NCBI GenBank assembly: GCA_951406725.2
Contig: OX597820.1
Coordinates: 25,296,001-25,360,000 of the forward strand
Direction: 5' to 3'
Length of the DNA: 64,000 bases
DNA from: Octopus vulgaris
Lineage: Eukaryota
Shown: positions 1-12,861 of the stretch, piece by piece
Numbering within the stretch: position 1 is the first letter of the stretch
Layout of the letters: the number at the start of each line of letters is the position of its first letter
Program-made: the position numbers and the translations under genes
Notes under the pieces: generated by a model
What the model was told of the DNA's origin: nothing
Database searches by the model: none
The model's input: only the letters and a program-made list of their open reading frames with translations

Positions 1-61
1 ATCAGCAAAATAAAAACACACTTGGCAGAAAAATATTTGGGATCAAGAAGATAATACTTAC

Positions 62-149
62 AAAAGGATAAACAAGGGCTGAAATAATTTTCTTAAAACC
101 TTCTGATTTTGTAACAAAATACAACTCCTTACTTGGGCTTTCATATTTT
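62..149 (-). CDS. FAAH: FAAH-like exon 12 (KYESPSKELYFVTKSEGFKKIISALVYPF)
   Basis: 88 nt, long pyrimidine tract plus CAG acceptor, GTAAGT donor; phase 2 entry matches exon 11. Confidence 0.8.
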
Positions 150-2998
150 CTGGAACAGAAGGAGAAAAATATGTAGATTGTACTGAAAGTAATGTAAAAG
201 TGGGTATAATCTTTTTATTAACGAACAGAAATATAATACTATAATCTTAATATGTGATCTGCAGTTTTAACTGTTTTTTACTTTGTTAGATAGAATGAAG
301 AGGAGACCATGGGATTGGACCTAGAAAGTTACCCTCCTAGGCACAAGTCAGGGCAAGATTGTTTGTGGAAGGCTAGCACTCACCCATGCATACCAGCCTC
401 CCCTCTCCACACCACTGATGTTTTCCAAGGGAAAGGCAAAGGCCGATACAGCTTGGCACCAGTGATGTCGCAACTCATTTCTACAGCTGAGTTAACTGCA
501 GCAACGTGAAATAAAGTGTCTTGCTCAAGAACACAACATGCAGCCCGGTCCGGGAATTGAACTCACAACCTCACAATCGTAAGCTCTACGCTCTAACCAC
601 TGAGCCATGCGCCTTCACAAATAGAGCGTAATTCTTTATATAAAGTAGAATATTAGGAAAAGCTTTGAATATGGACGCATAATCATGTGCTTAACCCTAT
701 AGTGTTTAAACCGGCCAAAATATGTCACATGGTTTATGTTTAAACTGGCCAGATCTGGCCCCTCACACCTACTTTACAATGTCATTCTTAAAATAAGCCA
801 TCACATCACTAAAATCTCAAAGCTACAATATAACGTGAGACCAATTCAAAACAATATGAATAAATAAACATTACACTTGACAGAGTAATCTGAATGCTAA
901 GGGGTAAAAGAAGTTTGCCTTGCAACCACATGGTTTCTGGTTCAATTCTATTATGCTCAGCCACATGCACATTAATTCCATGAACAGGTTGTTCCATTGA
1001 TCAGAACATCTGGAACCCTTATCATGGTAAGCGAATGAGTGTCAGTTAGTTATATGTAATATATATGGGTATTTTATCTGTCATAATAGGCTGGTTTGCT
1101 GGTTGCCTAGCTGGTGGAGCGGGGGCCACCCCATCAGTTAAAACGATGAATGTTCCAGTCAATCCAATTAATGGAACAGTCTGCTCCTGAAATTAATGTG
1201 CAAGTGGCTGAGTACTCCAGACACACATACACTTAATGTAATCCTCAGGGAAATTCAACATGACACATTGAATGTAACACAGCTGGTCCATTGAATTACA
1301 GGTACAACTCATTTTTGCCAGCTGAGTCAACTGGAGCAACGAGGAATAAAGTATCTTGCTCAAGGATGAAATGCACCACTAGGAATTGAATTCACGACCT
1401 TATGATTGAGAGCCGAATACACTAACCACTAAGTATCTGTAATAATTAAATTATGGTAGCTGTACAAAATCTCCCTGAGGACAAAATTCCACCAGATGAA
1501 ATTGCTATTGTTCTAATCAATAATAAATATTTTAACTTTTTTTCATAGAATTTCGCTTTCATAAAATATTTTTATTGTAAAGAAAGAACAATATCCCAGG
1601 GGATATTGACTGCCAGTGAATTTTGAGTGAGGGGATTTTGTCCAGGGGGGATTTTGTCCAAGGGCTGGCTTTCGTCCTAGTACCTTAAATTACACATTAT
1701 GTATTTTATTGTAATTTGTCATGCATGTGGTCAGGTGAAGGTACATGGCTTAGTAGTTAGGGTACTTGGCTCATGATCATCATGTCATGGGTTCATTTTC
1801 TGGTGATGCATTTTGTCCTTGAGCAAGACACTTTATTTCACATTGCTCCAGTCTGCTCAGCTGACAAAATTGAGTAGTACTTGCATTTCAAAGGACCAGC
1901 CTTGTTACATTCTGTGTCACACTGAATCTACCTGGGAACTACACTAAGGATACTTGTGTCTGTGGAGTACCCAGCCATTTGCATGCAAATTTTACAAGCA
2001 CACCATTCCATGGTCAGATCAACTGGAACCATTGTTGTTGTACCTAACAACAGAGTACCAGTTTTTTTATGTACTCCATGGTACCCCAATCCATGGAAAC
2101 CTTACACAAAACCAGTCTGTGGTGCAAGCAAAATATTTGGGGAGCACAGGTGTAGAATACTTACATCAATTTGCTCATCAAATATCCATCAGACCACAAT
2201 ATATTTATGACCAAAACCAGAGCATCAAGGATCCTAGGAGGAGTAAAATCAACCACCTGTAAATAAAATGAAACAACAACAGCTATCAATGATAGTCTCT
2301 TCATAGGTGCCCTAACCCTAATGGTAGTGTGCTAGGATAATTTGCTTTCCAACCATATGGTTCTGGGTTCAGTCCCACTGCATGGTACCTTGAGCGAGTG
2401 TGTTTTACTATAGCCTCAGGCCAACAAAAGCCTCTCTCAGTCATTAGACCGTGACCATACTGGGATACCACCTTGAAAGGTTTTTGTTGAACAAATCCAG
2501 CACTTACATTTTAAGATTGGTTCTCATACTATTGGTCTCTTTTGCCAAAGCACTAAGTTACTGGAACATAAATCAACCAGCAGTAGTTGTCAAACAATGA
2601 ATACAGGCATACACATATAGATATACTTATGTGTGAGCACCTGTGCCAGTGGCATTAAAATAGCACCCATCAAGTATTGGGCATCATGGAGGCAATAACA
2701 AGTGACTGAGATCTCTGGCAATACTGTGCTTGAGTAGAAGACCCAGCAAACCAAGTGAAATCGTAGTCATGAAATTATAGTCATGCAACTGACACCCATG
2801 CTGGTGGCACATAAAAGCACACATTACATTCTGGAAGTGGTTGGTGTTAAGAAGGGCATCAAGCTGTAGAAACCATGCCAAATCAGACTGGAGTCTAGTG
2901 CAGCCCCTCAGGTTATCAGCCCTCATCAAACCATGCAACTCATGCCAGCATGGACAGCAGACATTAAATGATGACGATGATGGATGAGGATGAATATG

Positions 2999-3039
<41 letters not shown>

Positions 3040-3115
3040 CATATATATATTGTATTGGCATCCTTTCTGTCTCGGGAGACAATGGAGTTGCGCATTTTTT
3101 AATTTTTTTTTTTTT

Positions 3116-3161
<46 letters not shown>

Positions 3162-6100
3162 TTCAGAAATGAAACCACACATGGACCATTGGCAATTTTC
3201 CTTTCTTTTCTCTTTTTCCTTTCTGACAAAGAATCATATTCGAAATGTTAAAAACTCTCTCCTTTCACCGAGAATTCCATTCACAAAAATTAAACTAATA
3301 TAATTCTTGTGCACGTCCTCACATTTGTTTTTTCCCTTCTTTTACTCTTTTTGTTTTTTTTCCTCTTTATTTTTTTTATTCCTTTTTTGAATTGTTTTTG
3401 TTGAATTGACTATAAGTATATGATGAGCTTCTTTCAATTTTCATCTACTAAATCCGCTCACAAGGCCCTGGACAATAGTAGAAGACACTTGCCCAAGGTG
3501 TCATACAGTGGAACTGAACCCAGTACCCTTTGGTTGGGAAGCAAACTTCTTATCATTCAACGATGCCTGGCTGATTCAAACAACAACAATTACGTATTCA
3601 TGTTCAAATCTGCTAAAATATATAAAAAATTCGAGACCCAGGATTTTAAAATATTCATCAGTGCCATTCAATTTAGCAGTGGCAAAGTCAGAATCATGAA
3701 ATCCCTCCTTACCAACAAACCGAGACCAGCCATTACATAATTACATAACAGAAAAGAACTACATGAAGTGGACTAGTTGCTATAGCAACACCAGTCTGTG
3801 CATGTCACATTCCTCATCCACAAATCTGACCAACAACCTTTTCCATCCTTCGCTTTTCCACATGTCCTGAAGAAAAGTCATAGCCCTGAAATATAGAAAT
3901 ATAAGTGCAAGCATGGCAGTGTGGTAAGAAGCTTGCTTTCCAGCTACATGGTTCTGGGTTCAATCCCACTGCATGGCACCTTGGACAAGTGTTTTCTATT
4001 ATAGCCTCGAGCTGACCAAAGACTTGTGAGTGGATTTGGTGGAAGGAAAAATGAAAGAAGTTTGACATATACATGTGTGTGTGTGTGTTTGTATTTATAT
4101 GTGTGTATGTCTGGGTTTGTCCCCTTCCCCATTACTTGACAATCAATGCTGGTGTGTTTATGTCTCTGTAACATAGCAGTTCAGCAAAAGACTAATAGAA
4201 TAAGTACTAGGCTTAGAAAGAATATGTCCTGGGGTCAATTTCTTTGACTAAATCCCTTCAAGGCAGTGCTCCAGCATGACCACAGTTAAATAACTCTCTT
4301 TTACTTGTTTCAGTCATTTGACTGCGGCCATGCTGGAGCACCACCTTTAGTTGAGCAAATCGACCCTAGGACTTATTCTTTGTAAGCTTAGTACTTATTC
4401 TATCAGTCTCTTTTTGCCGAACCGCTAAGTTATGGGGACATAAACACACCAGCATCGGTTGTCAAGCGATTTTGTGGGGACAAACACAGACACACAAACA
4501 TATACACATGCATACATATATATATACATAAATACAACGGGCTTCTTTCAGTTTCCATCTACCAAATCCACTCACAAGGCTTTGGTCGGCCCGAGGCTAT
4601 AGTAGAAGACTCTTGCCCAAGATGCCACACAGTGGGAATGAACCACGTGGTTGCGAAGCAAGCTACTTACCACACAGCCACTCCTGCGCCTATAACTGAA
4701 GCAAGTAAAAGAATAAAAATAAAAATATGAGATAAAACTACAACTTTGTTTTGTTTTGTTTTCTTTGTAGTTTACTTCATATCTTCTTGTATTGTTCCAG
4801 CTTTACCCAACAAGTCTCTTTAAAATAATGATAACATTCTTACCGTATGCCCTTTGGCTTCCAAAGCTTCCTTTGCTAAAAGAACTGCTCTACGGCAGGC
4901 TGGGGTAGCACTAACTAAATTATCAGTCTCATAATAGCCAATCCGCAGTTTTCTTTTGCCATCAAACAACTGAAAAGTAACAGAAAATATATTTGTTATT
5001 ATTATTTCTTTTTATCACAAGTTTTGTTGGAATCCCTGAGGCCTTGCATGCAGAGCAGGCTTGCTGCCTGCAGCCTACAGTACCATGCTATCCATTCTTT
5101 TCAGCTATCTAATACTTTCCTGATTATTCTGGCCATGCCAAGGAGGCAAACCTTTTGTAGTAGTTCTACTGGGCACTCTATTCCAATTTCATTTATATTC
5201 CTCTTGCTGCCTTCTGATATTGTTCCTAAGTACCCAAAAATAATTGGCATTATCTTCACCATCTTCATGTCCCACAGCTGGGCTATTTCGTACATAATAG
5301 GGTTGTATCTATCTATTTTTCCATCATCCTTCTCGACTATCCATGGGTCAAAGAAGCATGCAACATCAACTATACAGCACATATGGTGCATCTTGTCGAC
5401 CACCACTAGGTCTGGTCTGTTATGCTGTAGCACCTGATCTATTTGGATTGGGATATCCCAGAGGATTTTGCTAGTCTCCAACTCCGTCACTCTCTGTGGT
5501 GTGTGCACATACCACATCTTGCCTCTCTCTCGCCCCCCACTTTTTGCACAGTTTCCAATGTTGCACTTTTGCTACCTGATCATATTGCCTCCACTTGTAG
5601 TGGTAATTTTTGAGAGTGGTTGAGTTCATTTTTAGTTTTCTCATTTGTGAGTGCAGTCAAGTTTATTTCAGATATTCTCATTTTAAAAATCCTCTCTGGC
5701 TAATCGTTGAGAGGACGTTGGTGTTGCCTTGGCAGAGGTTTGCACTCTCTGAGTCCTCTTGTTTTTGCTGTTGTTGTCGTCGTTGTCGTTGTTGTTGTTA
5801 TTATTATTATTATTATTACTATTATTATTATTATTATTATTACTATTATCATTATTATTACTATCTTTTATCTTTTACATGATTCAGACATCCGACACCA
5901 GTAATAATTCTCATTAAAAAAAAATCTATGGAAATCAAGAAATACCATTCCTTACATGATTCTGGAATTCTATAGGGGATATTTGGGGATCCATTTCAAA
6001 GACCTCCTGAGAAAACAATGCTTTTGTTGCCATAATCAAGCCATCAGCAGTCTGTGCCATTGGGCCTACAGAAGTCTGAACTGTAATTAAAGAAATAATT

Positions 6101-8030
6101 AAACAATTTATCATTATAAATAGAGCTGTTATATGCAGGTATACCTGTATGGTTAAAAAGTTTGCATTTTCTCATTGTGATTAAAATTTTGTTCACAACA
6201 GGCAGCCACTTGGGCAAATGTCTGCTACCAAAACTACAATAGAGCTGGATAAATGAGCACGAAACAAAGTACTGGATTGCTATAATCAGCGGAAAATACT
6301 GACAGTTGTGCCCTAGTGTGTCCTTTCTATCTTTTTTTAAGATGGTAGAGTAAGATTTAAAGGTGATTTAACTGCTATTTCAAGCTTGTTTTGAGACTCC
6401 TCCTTTAGACCACATCATTGAGTTTATCTAAATAAATAAAAACATGAAGGAAAAGTAATATTATTCTTACCAAGAATTTGTTCTTTGACTGGTTTAAATA
6501 TACTTCCCGTCCTATAATTGAAGTAAAAGAAATAAATCTATCAAAGTCAATTAATCAATCAATTAATTAGTGAATTAATCAATTAGAATCTGACACTGAT
6601 ATGTTATTATAAAAAAAACAATAAAAACAAAATATAAATTAGCATTTTTGAATTCATTATATTTAACCATTTACAATAGAAGAAGAATACATTCAACATC
6701 AACTATGCATAAAGAACATGGTACTTTATGCTCCTTATTTAACCTGGTGATTGTTAGCTTGGGTCCATATGGCCCTTGGGGATCCAGATAAGATTTTGAT
6801 GTTAAAATCTATCTGCAATAAATTACATATACTTCTACAATACACATGTAGTGGATGTGTGTATGTATTAATAAATACATAAGTTGTTTTGTGATTAAAT
6901 AGAGATTTATTTACACTACATAAATTTTGTAAGCAATGCTACGCATTGCTTGTACAGAATACATATTAAAGAAGAATATGTTTGCATGTGTGTGTGTGTG
7001 TAAATCATTCAGGACAGTCACCTTTAGACATATTCTCTAGTCGTCTCCAAAACGCGTAGTGTTTGCTTTTGGTGTCGGCTCCGGTTCTCTCTCTATAGCC
7101 GATTTTTCCGTTCTATTTATAAAATCTCAAATAGCCAGAAAAATAGATATATCGCAACACAGTTACTGTTTAAGTAGGTCATCGTTCATCCACTTGAACT
7201 TCGCCTGACATGGCTCAGGTCGGAGGTCAAAGGGAGATGATCAATCACTTTTTGTCAGAACAAAAGAATCTTAACATAAGGGACTAAAGCCATCTGAATA
7301 TGGCTAGGGACAGGGCAGGGTGGTGGAGGTGTTACTGTTGCATTTAGCCCCTTCGCGCCTTTGCATGCATTGGTATTTGACGACCGATGATTCTTGGATT
7401 TGATTTCGAATCCAAGCTTAGAGAAGGAAGTGCTAACTCTTACACACAGAACATTTTGACAAATTTATCTCTTATATAAAATCCGTTCTGTCTGTCTGTC
7501 TGTGTGTGTGTCTTCTCGGATCTCAGGCATCCTCCAAGCGATTGTGCTCAAATTTGATATGTAGATACCGACAATATCAGGGCATGTATAAGTCTTGAAA
7601 AAATTACAAAAATCGATTCCAGGTGAGAATGCAATCGATAAAGCCGTTTTTGTTCTGCTTTTCTTCCGTTAAGCTGTACATAACTGCACCTTCCATTTTT
7701 TGTTGTTTTTGTACTGCTTAAAGGCACGTTTCTTTCCTGCCAAGCTTACTGTTTAAACCATGTTTGTGTTCTCCCAGTCAACAGCCTTATCATTACTGGT
7801 ACTTTAAACTCTTCGGTTGCATATTTGTGTGGATAAAATCGTTTTTCTTTGGAATAGAAAAAAGTCTGTCTTTATTTCTTCTTTTGCTGGTGTCTCAAAT
7901 TTAGGTTAAATCAGCGTTTCTCAAAGGGGAGGCCTATGAGACGGTCAGACAAGTTGTTTTGAGAAAATTTAGTTTAAATGTTTGACAACTCAGCACCGTC
8001 CATTGGACGGGGGGGGGGGGCGTTTTACTC

Positions 8031-8068
<38 letters not shown>

Positions 8069-9387
8069 CCTGTTTCAGTCATTAGACTGTGGCCAAGCTG
8101 GGGCACCACCTTGAAGAATTTTGAGTCGAATGTATCAACCCCAGTATTTTTTTTATAAAGCCTGGTACTTGTTTTATCGGTCTCTGTTTGTCAAGCAGTA
8201 GTTGGGGACAAACATGGACACAAAGACACATGCACACACACACACACACACACACAGAGGGTGCAATTGGTAAATTATTGCCATTTTATATTTTTGATGT
8301 CATGCATTGGCATTGTTTGTTTTTGATTATTGTCAGCTACACAGTATAGTAGGGCTAGTTAGGCATCATCTGTCAGAAACGCTACACCATAATGCAATTC
8401 ACTCTGCCAGAAATTTGGAAATGACATGCTGTACTGCTTGGAATTTGCACCAAAAGTTCCAATATGAAAAAAGAGTGAACACACAGAACAACCATTTACT
8501 TGCTGTGTCCCGAAATCATGTACTGGGCGTGATGAAATTCAAACATTCAGTCAACATCATGGTGCTTGGAGTGATCACTAATGATGGTGTGATGTTATGC
8601 TTCCCACACAGCCTCACACCCAACATGGAGGCCTACATCAAGTGCCAGGAGGAGATAGTGCTGTCCTGGGTCAAGAGGGTGGCTGCTGGAAGAACCTATC
8701 TCTGGCACCAGAACTCTGCATCATGCCACACAAGCAGGAGAACCCAGTCGTGGTTGTCAGATAATTTCTGTGACCATATCACCCCTAACACCTGGCCATA
8801 TAACTCCCCAGACAACAACCCCCTTGATTATTATGTGTGGAGCACTGTTGGGTGAGAGACCAACAAAACCCTTTGTAACACCAAAGATGAACTGAAGGCA
8901 AGGATTATGGCAGCATTCACCAACTTAAACAAGTAGACTATCCAGAAGAGTTGCAGGAGATTTTGAAGTCATCTGGAGGCTGTGGAGAAACCAATGGTGA
9001 TTTTATTGAACAAATTTACTCTTTAGTATTTCAAGATATTTTTATGTAATTTTTGTAAATATATCTGTTAAAATGGGATGTCAGTGTTATTTTCATTTTT
9101 GCATAATTTAGACAGCAATAAATTCACCACACAAGAGTAAACAAGAGAGACAGAGACAGGCAGCAGAAAGAAAGAAAATGCCCCTTGTATTTGAATACTA
9201 TGCAAATATTCTTTTAAAAAACTTTTCTTTTAATTTTTCAAAAATTTAATTGTTTTCCATACTTACAGTTGAAAAAATCACAATGACTGAAACTGGTACT
9301 GAAATGTTTTTTATAAAATTATTTTAACATTTTCTACCTTGACTTTTTTTCCATATATATCAACTCGTGTGTTCCTTTTCAACCTTC

Positions 9388-9428
<41 letters not shown>

Positions 9429-9584
9429 TCATCATCATCATCATCGTTTAACGTCCGCTTTCCATGCTAGCATGGGTTGGACGGTTCAACTGGGGTCTGG
9501 CAAGCCCGAAGGCTGCACCAGGCCAGTCAGATCTGGCAGTGTTTCTACAGCTGGATGCCCTTCCTAACGCCAACCATTCCGAGA

Positions 9585-9623
<39 letters not shown>

Positions 9624-12600
9624 AATGTATGTGTGTATGTATGTATGTACATATTCAATGAGCTTCCACACTGTTTCCTTTTATGAAATTCACTCACAAA
9701 GCATTAATCGGCCTGAGGCTATAATAGAAGACACTTGACCAACATGCTGGGTAGCAGGACTGAACCTGAAACCATGTAGTTTCAAAATGGGCATTTTAAC
9801 CATATGCAGGTTAATGAAGGGAATAAAAATCACATTTAGGAAGGTTTTAGGGTAAATATTATAAAGGGAGGAATAGAACCGAAAGGGTTTGTGGAAAACA
9901 TTTTACAGACTTACCCCATGCGAGTAGTAGTTGTTTTTAATCCATAAATGCCACAAAAGTGAGCTGGACAGCGAATGCTACCACCAATATCTGTTCCTAT
10001 ACCTAAAATAGATCCACCATAACCTATGAGAGCTCCTTCCCCTCCGCTTGATCCACCAGGACATCGATCAGCTTGAATCGGGTTTCTAGTTTTTCCGTAA
10101 ATATTATTATTACAGGATTTACTGCAAAGAAAATATGAATATTGAAAAGTTAGAAACAACAACTGATAAAAACAAATGCAAGCAATTATCTATGGACTTA
10201 TTCAATTGTAATATATATACATACATAATTGTAATATATATACATACTTAGAGAAAGTGTGTCATCACCATCACATTCATCACCATTGTTACCATCACTA
10301 CTGTTGTTGTTATTACTGGTGTCCATGCAGTCAATTAGCTCCCTCCCCAAAAATTTCAGGACTTGTGTGTTATAGTTATTATTATTATTATTATCATCAT
10401 CATCATCATTTAATGTCCGTTTTTCATACTGGCATTGGTGGAAGGAATTATTATTATTGTGATTATGACTATTATTTGGATGTTGCAAATCTATATAAAA
10501 AATTTCTGTTAATAAAGCTTTCAAGATTTAAAGCAACAACTGTGTGGAATAAAACACATCAAATATTTTCCCTTCAGTTTGAACATTCAGTGCAAAAATT
10601 TCATTTACACCATGACTAAATATATACACACACACATATATATATATAATATATATATATATATAAAACTTCATAAACAATGTAATCCTTATTGATTTTC
10701 AGTGAGAAAAGCATCGTAATGCAAAACTCAGGAGCACAGCTCACATTTAAAGGACAATGTTTATGCTGCACACACTGATACCCTAGTCCACATCCAGTTA
10801 AAGGTCACCCCCTTTGGCTTGAGAAAAAAAAAAGGCGTTTGATTCAAGATGGGAAGTGTGAGCGAAAGGTTGAGGACTGCAAAGTGATATAATTTGGCCC
10901 CAAGGAATTCATGAAAGCTTACCTCATTAAAGACTGTGGAACATTTGTTGTGACAAATGGAACAGCACCAAGTTCTTTCAGACACTGAAGTAGAAATTTA
11001 AGCCATTCAGCATTGATTCAATTATAGCAAACAAAGAAGTTAATTCAAAATGAAAAATATATTGATCCACATCTATATCTATCACCCTCTTTCTCTTCCC
11101 CTTTTCCCATTAATCCTCCCCTCCCTCCCTCTCCCTTTCCCTTTCTCTCTCCCTTTACTCTCTCTCTCTATATATCTCTCTCTCTCTCTTTCTCTCTTGG
11201 TCACCTTCTAAACAACTAAGAAATGAACGAACTCTGACAAAAAAAAAGAAAACTCTTCTAATAAAATGCCGACATTTCCCCATCCTTTCATTAAAATATT
11301 CTCACATTTCATAATAAAACAAAATGATATAAATAGTATGATATAATTAGTGTTATATAATTAGAGTAATATAATTAGTATTATGAGCTAGGCATGGCTC
11401 TGTGGTCAAGGAGTTTGCTTCCAACAAGTTTGCTTCAGGTTAAGTCCTGCTGTCTTCCACTATAGCCACACCTGTCCCTTCACAGCTACACCTGCACCTA
11501 CACAGCAACACTTGTGCCTACACAGCTACACCTGTGCCTACACAGTCACACTTGTGCCTACACAGCCACACCTGCACCTACACATCCACACCTGCAACTA
11601 CATAGTCATACCTGTGCCTAAACATCCACACCTGTGCCTATACAGCCATACCTGTGCCTTCACAGCCACGCCTGTACCTACACAGTCACACCTCCACCTA
11701 CACAGCTATACCTGTGCTTACACAGCCACACCTGTGCCTACACAGCTACACCTACACCTACACTGCCCCACCTGTGCCTACACAGCTACACCTGTGCTTA
11801 CACAGCCATGCCTGTGCCTACACAGCCCCACCTGTGCCTTCACAGCCCCACCTGTGCCTACACAGCTACACCTGTGCTTACACAGCCATGCCTGTGCCTA
11901 CACAGCCCCACCTGTGCCTTCACAGCCCCACCTGTGCCTACACAGCTACACCTGTGCCTACACAGCCATGCCTGTGCCTACACAGCCCCACCTGTGCCTT
12001 CACAGCCCCACCTGTGCCTACACAGCTACACCTGTGCTTACACAGCCATGCCTGTGCCTACACAGCCACACCTGTGCCTACACAGCCATGTCTGTACCTG
12101 TCAATGCTTTCTTCCTTTATGCTGTAGGTACTTAGTGGGGATTTATTATTCTTGAATTGCATGGCTGCAGCCTTCAAAGTGGGATGTCATAATATTTTTG
12201 TACTCTGTGTGAAGCTTTTGACATGATCAGTTTCTTCTATGATTTGCCTTTGTCATGCCAAGTACCCATGTACTAACTTCTTATATTTTTTATTTTGTTC
12301 TTTTGATAAATACATTTTATTTAATTTCACGCCTCTCCTCAAGTTCATTAGCTATCCTAATTATGTTGTTGATTTCATGGTCACAAACTTGGGGAAGATA
12401 GAAAATTACTATTTTTAAATCTCACAACGTGAGATATTGGGAAAGATAGTTACTGGTCTCTTTCTTCAACTGCAGATATTGTTTACAGTGTCACAATACG
12501 TACGTGTGTACGTATTTATGTAATTATTTATTTAAGTATGCAGCTGGAAAACACACTGCTTGTGTAATGAATGGGAAAAGCTTGGTCTGCAATGCTTGCA

Positions 12601-12826
12601 GTCATGTATGTTTGTCAAGAGCAGGGCTTTTTAGTCACCAACGGAGCCACAAGTGTAAAGTATAAGGTAGTCTTGCGTGCACAATGTTCCTTAAGTTGAG
12701 TAATGCTTTTCCTCAGTCACAAGTGGACAGCTATCATGTATGTATGTATGTGTGTATGTATGTGTGTATGTATGTGTGTGTGTATGTGTGTATGTGTGTG
12801 TGTATGTATGTATGTATGTGTGTGTA

Positions 12827-12861
<35 letters not shown>

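Noticed and set aside
2684-3229. YIYI/CVCV/HTHT/poly-I ORFs here and throughout the window
   Set aside because: Translations of (TA)n, (CA)n, (TATG)n, (ATT)n and (CAT)n microsatellites and SINE bodies.
3814-3885. Possible extra FAAH exon (GYDFSSGHVEK...) after a TTTCAG acceptor
   Set aside because: It runs into a stop, has no good donor and no FAAH similarity; exons 10 and 11 join cleanly without it.
7015-7065. Hammerhead-like CAC...AAAACGCGTA-GTG
   Set aside because: Both core boxes are mutated (CTTTAGA, CAAAA); too degenerate to support.
11512-12155. His/Cys/Pro-rich ORFs
   Set aside because: Three overlapping frames of an intronic minisatellite, antisense to FAAH.
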